Shown here piece by piece: positions 9,707 through 17,141 of a stretch of 64,000 bases of DNA (within the stretch, counting starts at the first letter, position 1; each line of letters starts with the position of its first letter). The stretch is from IMG/VR virus record IMGVR_UViG_3300015607_000776; one strand, 5' to 3'. The notes under the pieces were generated by a model. It made no database searches. It saw only the letters and a list, made by a program, of their open reading frames with translations, and had not been told where the DNA came from. The position numbers and the translations under genes were made by a program. The DNA comes from an uncultured virus (IMG/VR IMGVR_UViG_3300015607_000776). Lineage: Duplodnaviria > Heunggongvirae > Uroviricota > Caudoviricetes.

Positions 9707-9939
9707 CTATTCTGTAAAATTGTTCCACACTTAGGACAACGTGTCCCATGTTGCTTAAAATCTTTCCAAGCAGAATGATCACACTCTGTGGATTTTAATC
9801 TCTTACCTGCTTCGAGCACCTTTATAATTCTCTCCGCCTTCTTCATTGCATTGTGAGAAGGACCTCCCATATAAACACTAGGACTATCTATAACAGATGC
9901 AATCTGCCTTTGAATCAATAATCTCTCAGTTTCATCCAT
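9697..9939 (-). CDS. Hypothetical protein with CPKCG; stop codon inside tRNA-Val
   Basis: ORF track; overlap seen directly. Confidence 0.55.
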   Translation of the reverse strand: MDETERLLIQRQIASVIDSPSVYMGGPSHNAMKKAERIIKVLEAGKRLKSTECDHSAWKDFKQHGTRCPKCGTILQNRPL

Positions 9940-9965
9940 TACATATATCCAAAATTGATCTAAAT

Positions 9966-10043
9966 TGGTAGACCCGGAGGGATTCGAACCCTCGTTGACC
10001 GAGATTAAGAGTCTCGCGCTAAAACCGACTCAGCTACGGGTCT
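9966..10043 (-). tRNA. tRNA-Lys(CUU)
   Basis: Loop CTCTTAA; CCA. Confidence 0.9.
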
Positions 10044-10051
10044 ATAAAAAG

Positions 10052-10126
10052 TGGTGCTTCTACCAGGTTACGATCCCAGGTCTTTCGATTATCGGTCGAA
10101 TGCTCTACCAATTGAGCTATAGAAGC
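10052..10126 (-). tRNA. tRNA-Ile(GAU), atypical C33 and T-loop
   Basis: Loop CCGATAA; T-loop ATCGTAA; CCA. Confidence 0.85.
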
Positions 10127-10142
10127 GTTACTGTTCATAAAA

Positions 10143-10260
10143 TGGTAAGGCGAGGGGAGTTGAACCCTCCAGCAAGTCAAGTGTTACCAGCACAATATCT
10201 CACCGCATGTAAATGCCTACGACCCACATTTCATTTAATAACTGGTAATTATTATCTTAC
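10143..10260 (-). ncRNA. tRNA-like ncRNA (T-arm and ACCA end, non-tRNA interior)
   Basis: GAGGGTTCAACTCCCCT...TTACCA; internal TTACCAG/CTGGTAA helix. Confidence 0.6.
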
Positions 10261-10276
10261 TCTGTTTCGTGCCAAA

Positions 10277-10354
10277 TGGAGAACCCGGTGGGATTTGAAC
10301 CCACGACCGACAACTTAAAAGGATGCTGCTCTAACCGGACTGAGCTACGGGTAC
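10277..10354 (-). tRNA. tRNA-Lys(UUU)
   Basis: Loop CTTTTAA; weak anticodon stem; CCA. Confidence 0.8.
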
Positions 10355-10726
10355 TTATCTGTAAACTGCTACTGTGTATAACTTGAATTCTCGATTGTCA
10401 AAAAACTCTTTCAAGAATGGATATTTCTCTGCTTTCTTAAGCGCAGTTTCCTTCAACTCGTCAAGATTGCTTATGTCAATTTCCTTAATGTCTTCACAAT
10501 CTTCCCAAGGAGTAAAACTATAAAGGACTTCACCTAAAACTGCATATTGACCACTCATATAATCTTGCACAGGATAATCATCTGTAAATGAATCATACAA
10601 CTCACACAAATGAAGATCATCACTATCATTATATTCTTCTAATAGATCACTAATCTTATTGTAGGCCTTTTCGTTTAACTTAATACCATAAACAACATAA
10701 CATGTAAGAGTAACACTCATTTTCAT
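10355..10726 (-). CDS. Hypothetical acidic protein
   Basis: ORF fills inter-tRNA space. Confidence 0.65.
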   Translation of the reverse strand: MKMSVTLTCYVVYGIKLNEKAYNKISDLLEEYNDSDDLHLCELYDSFTDDYPVQDYMSGQYAVLGEVLYSFTPWEDCEDIKEIDISNLDELKETALKKAEKYPFLKEFFDNREFKLYTVAVYR

Positions 10727-10744
10727 TTACCCATAATAAAGAGT

Positions 10745-10820
10745 TGGAGAAGCGGGTCGGATTTGAACCGACACCTCAAGGATTTGCAGTCCCGCGCATT
10801 AGCCGTCTTGCTCCCGCCTC
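10745..10820 (-). tRNA. tRNA-Cys(GCA)
   Basis: Loop CTGCAAA; U73; CCA. Confidence 0.9.
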
Positions 10821-10837
10821 ATTTATTCTAATTCTGT

Positions 10838-11074
10838 TTATTTAACGTCCCATTCAATGCCTAGTATAATATACTTTGGCGATTTCAATGTAACAGGATC
10901 CTTGCTTTCCCATGTATATTTTCTTCTGGGTTGCACTTTTATTGAATTCTCTTTAACTTCTAAAACAACTGCCGGAGTTAAACTTAAAGAACTACCTCTC
11001 CTAGTGGCATATGCTATCTTATCGCCAACCATTGGTGAATTTCCTAAAGTATCTTTGATTCTGAATTCTTCCAT
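10838..11074 (-). CDS. Small SH3/KOW-like protein (paralog of 11568-11768)
   Basis: KDTLG...VGDKI motif; start reassigned to ATG with RBS AGGA. Confidence 0.6.
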   Translation of the reverse strand: MEEFRIKDTLGNSPMVGDKIAYATRRGSSLSLTPAVVLEVKENSIKVQPRRKYTWESKDPVTLKSPKYIILGIEWDVK

Positions 11075-11089
11075 GATATATCCTATAAA

Positions 11090-11164
11090 TGGTGCCCTCA
11101 ACCGGAATCGAACCAGTTTCTGCGGACTACAAAACCGCTGCATCGCCATTTATGCTTTGAAGGC
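11090..11164 (-). tRNA. tRNA-Thr(UGU)
   Basis: Loop TTTGTAG; CCA. Confidence 0.85.
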
Positions 11165-11170
11165 TCTGAT

Positions 11171-11249
11171 TGGTGCCCCTGGTAGGACTTGAACCTACAA
11201 ACTCTTCCGCTTCTAAGGCGGACGCCTTTACCAATTTGACCACAGAGGC
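11171..11249 (-). tRNA. tRNA-Leu(UAG), short variable region
   Basis: Loop CTTAGAA; CCA. Confidence 0.85.
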
Positions 11250-11258
11250 ATTTAAATC

Positions 11259-11333
11259 TGGCGCCCGTGGACGGAATTGAACCGACCTCAATCCGTAGAC
11301 AGCGGATCAGCCTCACCAGATGCTTACACGGGC
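11259..11333 (-). tRNA. tRNA-Asp(GUC)
   Basis: Loop CTGTCTA; G73; CCA. Confidence 0.85.
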
Positions 11334-11338
11334 ATTTA

Positions 11339-11566
11339 TTATTTTCCGTCTTTAATAGACTTCTCAAAATCCAATTTTTCTTTACGTTCAATTAGCATTA
11401 GACAAACTAGGGGATCCTGGATCCCAATGTTTTTCTCACACATATCTTTTGCAAATTCATCTAATGCTAGTTTTGCAGAACCGTATTTTTCCACTGCTTC
11501 ATGGACTTGTAATGCCCATTTATCGTTTTCTTCATCTTTAGGTTTTGACTTGAACCATCCAAACAT
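11339..11566 (-). CDS. Hypothetical protein
   Basis: ORF in operon. Confidence 0.55.
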   Translation of the reverse strand: MFGWFKSKPKDEENDKWALQVHEAVEKYGSAKLALDEFAKDMCEKNIGIQDPLVCLMLIERKEKLDFEKSIKDGK

Positions 11567-11567
11567 A

Positions 11568-11768
11568 TTACACCTTCAAAACTTTTTCGGGACTAATCTT
11601 TCTAGTGTCATTCAATCCATTATATGTCGTCATTTTCGACTTAACATAGTGTTCAGTAAATCCAACAATTGTGCCTTGAACTAAACTTGCACCAGAATTC
11701 CTACCGTGCGGAACACATGCAACAATTGTGTCACCTATAATCAATTCTCTTCCTAAAAAGTCTTTCAT
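11568..11768 (-). CDS. Small SH3/KOW-like protein
   Basis: KDFLGREL.IGD motif; RBS AGGA. Confidence 0.6.
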   Translation of the reverse strand: MKDFLGRELIIGDTIVACVPHGRNSGASLVQGTIVGFTEHYVKSKMTTYNGLNDTRKISPEKVLKV

Positions 11769-11783
11769 AATATATCCTATAAT

Positions 11784-11861
11784 TGGTTGCGGAGAGGGGG
11801 AATCGAACCACCCATTATTAGTTTATGAGACTAATCAGAACACCAGTCCTAGCCTCCCGCA
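11784..11861 (-). tRNA. tRNA-Met(CAU), initiator-like 3' end
   Basis: Loop CTCATAA; ends CGCAACCA. Confidence 0.8.
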
Positions 11862-12403
11862 ATAACTTTTTTATTCCAAGGAATTCTGCCTTTCAACCAA
11901 GGTTTGGGTTTTCCTTTAGTAGCTTCACTTACCGCCAATCCAATTCTTTCCTTAGTCTCAGATGAATGTGTCTTACCCGTCATACCTATTCCTAATGTAC
12001 CATTTTTATGTCTCTGTATATTAGATTCAGATATTTTACGGCGAGTCTCGTATGTAATAACTTGTTCTTTGCGTTTCAATTTTATTTTCTGTATTGTTTC
12101 TTCTGAATGCTTACGTCCTTTAAAATGGGCCCCGCCTTCTCCACCAGGACCTTTATTATAATTAGATTCCGACAAAATTAATTCATCAGTTACTAATTCT
12201 TTTTCCTTAGCATTCATTTCTGCTTCTGTATCAAATACAAATAAAACTTCCTTTGTGAAATTTTCTTTCCCATATTTTTTAATAGCACGTTTCAAATGCA
12301 CTCCTGATCCATAATAGTTATCGTCAAGATTGTTCGTTTCGTGCTTACCGATATAAAACTTTCCATTTAATTTGTTGATAACTTTATAAATCGTATAATA
12401 CAA
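11849..12403 (-). CDS. SegB-like GIY-YIG homing endonuclease with NUMOD3 repeats
   Basis: TIYKV.N..NGKFYIGKH, YYGSG, KHSEET; stop inside tRNA-Met. Confidence 0.9.
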   Translation of the reverse strand: MYYTIYKVINKLNGKFYIGKHETNNLDDNYYGSGVHLKRAIKKYGKENFTKEVLFVFDTEAEMNAKEKELVTDELILSESNYNKGPGGEGGAHFKGRKHSEETIQKIKLKRKEQVITYETRRKISESNIQRHKNGTLGIGMTGKTHSSETKERIGLAVSEATKGKPKPWLKGRIPWNKKVIAGG

Positions 12404-12422
12404 TTTTCAACATCCTATAATT

Positions 12423-12552
12423 TGGTGGATCCAGTGGAGCATTCCAGCATCCATCAAGACCCATAATTCAGCCCGCGGTTTAATTTTGCTGAGCTGTAAG
12501 GAACCTTTATAAACCCTCAGTTCCGACCGCGGAGACAGCTCTTGAGTATTCC
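12423..12552 (-). ncRNA. Rod-shaped ncRNA ending in ACCA
   Basis: Nested helices TCAAGA/TCTTGA, CCGCGGT/ACCGCGG, CTGAG/CTCAG. Confidence 0.65.
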
Positions 12553-12566
12553 ATTTGTATGGAATT

Positions 12567-12642
12567 TGGTGGAACCGACAGGCATCGAACCCGCGACCTT
12601 CTGAATGCAAATCAGACGCTCTCCCAGCTGAGCTACGGCCCC
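12567..12642 (-). tRNA. tRNA-Ala(UGC)
   Basis: G3.U70; loop TTTGCAT; CCA. Confidence 0.95.
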
Positions 12643-12651
12643 ATTTAATTC

Positions 12652-12744
12652 TGGAGGATAGCAGAGGACTCGAACCCCAAACCGTATTTCAGGTCCCATC
12701 CGCTTTCAAGGCGGAGCCGCGCCCATTGCGCAAGTTTACTATCC
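12652..12744 (-). tRNA. tRNA-Ser(UGA), 8/4 fold
   Basis: 8-bp acceptor, 4-bp T-stem, long D-stem and variable arm. Confidence 0.85.
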
Positions 12745-12746
12745 AT

Positions 12747-13091
12747 CTAGGTACCACGATAATATTTTGCTCGTGGTCTTCCCTTTTTCTTATTTGCTCC
12801 CTTATATGTGCCAGTCAATGAATGACAATTTGGGCAAAGTATTGTTAAATTTTCTTCTAAATTATTCCGAAAATCACCATCTTTATGTTCCAATTCAAGA
12901 GGAACTAACCCAGTATATTTGTTAGTTTCCGCCCATCCACATTCGGAACATTTGTGGTTGTATTTTTCTAAGATATAATCTTTCAACCATCGTGCTGTTG
13001 CTGTTTTACCGCGAAGGCCACTTAACTTACCTTCTTTCCATAGTTTAATTTTTTCCTTACGTTGTTCGACGTAAAATGGCATAGTTGGCAT
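12747..13091 (-). CDS. HNH endonuclease
   Basis: CSECG, LELEHKDG..RNN..ENL.ILCPNCH. Confidence 0.9.
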   Translation of the reverse strand: MPTMPFYVEQRKEKIKLWKEGKLSGLRGKTATARWLKDYILEKYNHKCSECGWAETNKYTGLVPLELEHKDGDFRNNLEENLTILCPNCHSLTGTYKGANKKKGRPRAKYYRGT

Positions 13092-13141
13092 AAAACACTC
13101 CTTTTGGAGTATTTAGTATTCTTTGTTTTTAAAACAAACCT

Positions 13142-13336
13142 TTAAGATTTGCGCAATGCCAGCAACATAACTGGCCAAATTGCAACCATAGTTAAATACC
13201 ACAAAACAAAACCTAGGAAATTCTTCCAACTATGAAATTCTGTTCCTTTAATTCCATTTGCTATCGTGCATAGAACCATTGTAGCAAATACAAACCCCAA
13301 AGTCAAGTATATAGTCAACATTATCGAAAACATCAT
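13142..13336 (-). CDS. Small two-TM membrane protein
   Basis: Two hydrophobic segments, IWP motif. Confidence 0.6.
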   Translation of the reverse strand: MMFSIMLTIYLTLGFVFATMVLCTIANGIKGTEFHSWKNFLGFVLWYLTMVAIWPVMLLALRKS

Positions 13337-13355
13337 ATATCCTCTAAAAGAAAGA

Positions 13356-13485
13356 GAGCCCTTTTATTTAAAGTGGCGGGCAATCGAGCCAAGATAACTA
13401 CTGGTAAGTCATTATCTCCCCCAATATGGAAGGCCTTCCATATCGCACCACTTATGCATCAGTTTATCTTACCTTATGCTGACAC
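13356..13485 (-). ncRNA. Unclassified multi-stem RNA with two predicted pseudoknots
   Basis: GGTAAG/CTTACC loop-loop and GCCC/GGGC pairings. Confidence 0.55.
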
Positions 13486-13676
13486 TAAACCTTAAAATCA
13501 AGAATATGCAGTTTGTTGCCGTCAAGGACTAGTCGTGCTCGAATGTCAAAAATCTTTTGATCATTGACTTTAATAGCACCACTTTTAATCATCGTCCTCG
13601 CTTCGTTCTTTGATTTGACAAGACCAGAAGCAAGCACAAAATCAACAATACCCATGCCAATGTCTTCTACCTTCAT
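13485..13676 (-). CDS. Stand-alone S4 RNA-binding domain (TyrRS C-terminal type)
   Basis: GLVKSKNEARTMIKSGAIKVN. Confidence 0.8.
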   Translation of the reverse strand: MKVEDIGMGIVDFVLASGLVKSKNEARTMIKSGAIKVNDQKIFDIRARLVLDGNKLHILDFKV

Positions 13677-13693
13677 AATAAAATCTTTCTATT

Positions 13694-13855
13694 TAGAGCG
13701 CACATCAGGAATCGAACCTGATAACAATTACTCGCAACGACTAATTTCTGATTAAGATTACTCTCTAGAATTCGTCTCTTTTACAAAATTAGATTTACGT
13801 TTCACTTTCATGTTCATTCCAACCCAAGTCTGGGTGGAAGGTTCCAACATTACGC
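13694..13855 (-). ncRNA. tRNA-like ncRNA (~160 nt)
   Basis: TCAGGTTCGATTCCTGA T-arm; GCGTA/TGCGC acceptor; internal hairpins. Confidence 0.5.
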
Positions 13856-13862
13856 ATTTAAT

Positions 13863-13904
13863 TGGCTCCTGCCGCAGGATTCGAACCTGGAGTATTTAGT
13901 TAAC
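13863..13904 (-). pseudogene. 3' half of a tRNA-Asn-like gene (anticodon to CCA)
   Basis: GTTAA-CTAAA-TACT-CCAGGTTCGAATCCTGC-GGCAGGA-G-CCA; no 5' half. Confidence 0.6.
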
Positions 13905-13916
13905 CTGAGTGTTATG

Positions 13917-13999
13917 CTCTGGAGGTAGGGGTCGAACCTACAAGGGCAATGCCCGTTTGATTAACAGTCAAATGCGTTTTCCAGTTCCGCCACACCAGA
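13917..13999 (-). tRNA. tRNA-Asn(GUU) with long variable arm, no CCA
   Basis: Loop CTGTTAA; variable arm GGGC-ATT-GCCC; G73. Confidence 0.8.
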
Positions 14000-14028
14000 G
14001 CATAACACTCAGGAATAATTCAGTGTTT

Positions 14029-14036
14029 TATTTATA
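14029..14036 (-). promoter_or_regulatory. T4-type late promoter
   Basis: TATAAATA upstream of tRNA-Asn. Confidence 0.65.
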
Positions 14037-14294
14037 TACTTTCCAGGAACATTCTCAAAATAATACGTCTATTATTTCGGTCCGGAACTAAGAATGTCCC
14101 TGGAAAATATACTTTGCTCGAATGGCCCCCAACCCGCCTTCGACATGACTTCTCCGATTAACCACCCCACACTTACTTTTAAACACGGGGCACCTAAAAG
14201 AAAGCCTTACCTTGTATTATTTGGAATGGACCCCCAAACTCCCCGACCCACACCGAGTGTCACACGCAAAACTGTGACTTACCATCTTTAAGAC

Positions 14295-14423
14295 TTAGCG
14301 CATCAAAGCGCGTTTAACAAACTCAATTGAAACGTTGTGACGTTTTGCCAATTGAGCAACCGTTACCGACCATTCAGTGTCGAATTCATCACGGATAATC
14401 TGTTCCAATAATTCAGAAGACAT
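14295..14423 (-). CDS. 42-aa HTH-like peptide
   Basis: Manual translation ...TVAQLAKRHNVSIEFVKRAL; RBS GAGG; first gene after promoter. Confidence 0.6.
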   Translation of the reverse strand: MSSELLEQIIRDEFDTEWSVTVAQLAKRHNVSIEFVKRALMR

Positions 14424-14458
14424 ATTATTTTCCTCGCAATTTCGTAATTTAGAAAGAC

Positions 14459-14556
14459 ACAATAACACAACTAGGAACGTATGTCAAGCGAAAATCTATG
14501 CTATTTCCGAATATCTGCCATGTCTTCCATGCATACCTATTGTTATGTTATAACAT
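14459..14556 (-). promoter_or_regulatory. Repeated early-promoter cassette, copy A
   Basis: TTGACA-N17-TATTGT plus 76 bp similar to 22191-22266. Confidence 0.8.
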
Positions 14557-14557
14557 A

Positions 14558-14896
14558 TCATCTTTTCAAAATTACCAGCAATAAATATGGATCGCCATAT
14601 TCTTGTTTAGATTGATCTGTCAATTCAAATACAAAATGACTATCATGCATAATAAAACGGGCATATGCCGGCATAAATTTATATTTCCTATATGCAATAG
14701 GATTATTTTGGCACTTAAATACTAAGGTTTTATTAATACCTTCTATTGCAATTCGCGCTTGGTCTGCTGGTATACCATATAATGATGTTTTAGCAAGACT
14801 AATATCTGTCAAACAGAGAGATTTGCATTCCTTAAAGTAAACCAAAAGTGGATTGGTATAATGCACATACGTTCGCGGTGGATATTCTGGATCCAT
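14558..14896 (-). CDS. Hypothetical protein (paralog family)
   Basis: RIAIEGINKTLVFK. Confidence 0.5.
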   Translation of the reverse strand: MDPEYPPRTYVHYTNPLLVYFKECKSLCLTDISLAKTSLYGIPADQARIAIEGINKTLVFKCQNNPIAYRKYKFMPAYARFIMHDSHFVFELTDQSKQEYGDPYLLLVILKR

Positions 14897-14917
14897 GATT
14901 TTTCTCTAATATTAAAT

Positions 14918-14992
14918 TGGTGCGGAACCGGAGAATCGAACTCCGACCTTATGTGTGGCGCACACCTATACAGCCCACTATACTAGTTCCGC
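14918..14992 (-). tRNA. tRNA-Gly(GCC), atypical anticodon loop
   Basis: Loop GCGCCAC; A73; CCA. Confidence 0.7.
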
Positions 14993-14996
14993 AAAA

Positions 14997-15085
14997 TGGC
15001 GGATGACCCAGGTAACGCTCCTGACTCCTTAAAGGAGCGATCCGCTTAGCAGGCGGTCCTAGAGACTTCTCTAGTTGTATCATCC
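14997..15085 (-). tRNA. tRNA-Ser(GCU), Sec-like D-arm, T-loop AGCGTTA
   Basis: Loop CTGCTAA; CTAGAG/CTCTAG D-stem; G73. Confidence 0.8.
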
Positions 15086-15086
15086 A

Positions 15087-15164
15087 TGGTAGCCGGTGTC
15101 GGACTTGAACCGACAAGCCTTTGATTTTGAGTCAAAGAGGTTTACCAATTTCCTTCAACCGGCC
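15087..15164 (-). tRNA. tRNA-Leu(CAA), short variable loop
   Basis: Loop CTCAAAA; CCA. Confidence 0.85.
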
Positions 15165-15165
15165 A

Positions 15166-15375
15166 TTATACGTTTTTAGCACCAATATACCAATCCATTG
15201 GTGTGACTAAACGCAACTGTTCCAACGAATAGATGTGGAGTGCCCCAGCAACCTCGGGGACAGTACATTCCACAACTACTCTAACTTTTCCTTCAATCGT
15301 TTCAAAAACTGCTACAACAACACCTGGCCATTTATAACCAGAAACTTTTTCAACTGTATCACCGACTTTGAACAT
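15166..15375 (-). CDS. DfrB/R67 DHFR-like SH3-fold protein
   Basis: GDTVEKVSGYKWPG...LHIY resembles R67 GDRVRKKSGAAWQG...VQIY. Confidence 0.6.
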   Translation of the reverse strand: MFKVGDTVEKVSGYKWPGVVVAVFETIEGKVRVVVECTVPEVAGALHIYSLEQLRLVTPMDWYIGAKNV

Positions 15376-15390
15376 TATTTATATCCTAAA

Positions 15391-15466
15391 TGGAGCTTTT
15401 GCCCAGAATCGAACTGGATTTTCTTTCTTACCAAGAAAGTGTTTTAACCAAGTAAACTACAAAAGC
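15391..15466 (-). tRNA. tRNA-Thr(GGU)
   Basis: Loop TTGGTAA; CCA. Confidence 0.9.
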
Positions 15467-15467
15467 A

Positions 15468-16523
15468 CTAGAACCCTACTCGCTTCCTCTTCTGCTGAGT
15501 ATTTTTCCCGTTGAAGATTTCAGACAATGTATATTCCTGATCACGTTCCAATACACGTTCAATTCCTGCACGATCACAAGCAGCCACTGCTTCAGTATAA
15601 GACAACTGGCGGAAATGCACAGTATCAAAGCAGCGACCAGGACGCATAATAGCAGGATCAATCTTATGCATATTGTCCAAGTTAGTAGAAAAAATCATTT
15701 TCTTTTTTAACAACGGAACAAGACCATCTGACACATTGAGCAACTTACTCATAATCTTATTTGCATCACTTTCACGCGATGCAAGCAACACGTCTGCGTC
15801 TTCCACGACCATCAACTGATTTGTAGTTCCAGTTAGATAATCAAGAAAATATGAATCTGAATTCATAACCTTTTCATCAAAGGTGACACAAGTAGGTAAT
15901 CCTCGCGTATAGATAAAATGCCTAATAAAGGAAGTCTTTCCTGTTCCCGGAGGACCCAACAAAATCAAAATTGATGCACTACTTTCCATATAGCGATTAA
16001 GGAAGTGTTCAACACCACCATTGACAAATGGACAATATTCATCATGCATAGGTGCAGCACCAGTCAACTCTATTGATCTGGCATTAATACCGTGTTGATT
16101 TGTGTAATACCACGTCAGATAAACATGATCATCTTTTTTCACTTTCTTGAATTTATCAAACGCAAAAACAAATTCCTTGGATCCATATAAATGGATCGCT
16201 GTTTGGCCATCATCAAATGCAAAATTATCCATATCTTGTGAACAGATAACCATTATATTACCATCTTCAAAAAAGAAAATGTCCATGCTATGGTGCAGTG
16301 AATAAACAGTATATTTTTCTGACCAATTTTCTTGAACAAACTTTTCATGGTCTCTAATACCACATTTATCGTCTACAGCTACCGCTTTCATATGAGTATT
16401 GATACCAGACTCAAGCCTGGACTTCATAACCGAATGAATCAATGTACGAGCAAAATGAGTGCTATCATCCGGATCGGCAGACATATTCAGGTCACTAATT
16501 TTCAGTTGTTTTGCCATTTTCAC
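15468..16523 (-). CDS. AAA+ ATPase
   Basis: GPPGTGKT, VVEDAD, IDPAIMRPGR; C-terminal RVGF. Confidence 0.9.
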   Translation of the reverse strand: MKMAKQLKISDLNMSADPDDSTHFARTLIHSVMKSRLESGINTHMKAVAVDDKCGIRDHEKFVQENWSEKYTVYSLHHSMDIFFFEDGNIMVICSQDMDNFAFDDGQTAIHLYGSKEFVFAFDKFKKVKKDDHVYLTWYYTNQHGINARSIELTGAAPMHDEYCPFVNGGVEHFLNRYMESSASILILLGPPGTGKTSFIRHFIYTRGLPTCVTFDEKVMNSDSYFLDYLTGTTNQLMVVEDADVLLASRESDANKIMSKLLNVSDGLVPLLKKKMIFSTNLDNMHKIDPAIMRPGRCFDTVHFRQLSYTEAVAACDRAGIERVLERDQEYTLSEIFNGKNTQQKRKRVGF

Positions 16524-16544
16524 TTTTCCATGTTATATGAATTA

Positions 16545-16622
16545 TGGTGCAAGGTCCAGGAATCGAACCCGGTTCTTCCGCTCTTCAGGCGGCCGCTGAA
16601 TCACCAGACTAGCTCACCTTGC
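16545..16622 (-). tRNA. tRNA-Phe(GAA)
   Basis: Loop CTGAAGA; CCA. Confidence 0.9.
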
Positions 16623-16626
16623 ATTC

Positions 16627-17118
16627 TTATTTTCGTTTGAGACTTTCTTTAAATTTTTTCATTAAAATTTCTGCGTCGTCTCTTTTAGTCCAATGATTTT
16701 TCTTCATATTCTCTATATGAGAGTCACTAAATTTTCTACCTGTAAGTGATTTTTTCACTTTTTCCACATGCTCTTTAGATTGTAACCTACCTTTCAGTGA
16801 CTTGCTTATTTTCTGTTTAGTTTTTTCATCATGACCTTGATTGAAAAATTTTTCAGACGCATTATGCTTATTGTAAAAGTTTTCATTTAGGGCAGCATTA
16901 ACTGCTTCAAGAATTTTAGTTTCAAGACAACGAATATCGGCATATGTACCATGCGCTATGATTTGTCGTGTAAAATCTTTGGGACGGCTATTATATTGAT
17001 CAAGCATTATTTTTGATGAACAAATATACCCATCTGTCAGATCACCTTTATGCTACCCAATATAAAGTTTATTCGTTGCATGATCTGTCCAACAATACAC
17101 GAATGCTTCTGGTATCAT
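16627..17118 (-). pseudogene. GIY-YIG/NUMOD3 endonuclease with in-frame TAG at codon 22
   Basis: MIPEAFVYCWTDHATNKLYIG*HKGDLTDGYICSS continues in frame into the 126-aa ORF. Confidence 0.8.
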
Positions 17119-17141
17119 ATAGTTTCCTTATGTTGTTAAAT

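Noticed and set aside
12423..12552. tmRNA or SRP RNA
   Set aside because: No G3.U70 alanyl acceptor, tag frame or SRP domain IV motif.
11098..12699. - strand ORFs 11098-11391, 12407-12610 and 12517-12699
   Set aside because: They run through tRNA/ncRNA genes.
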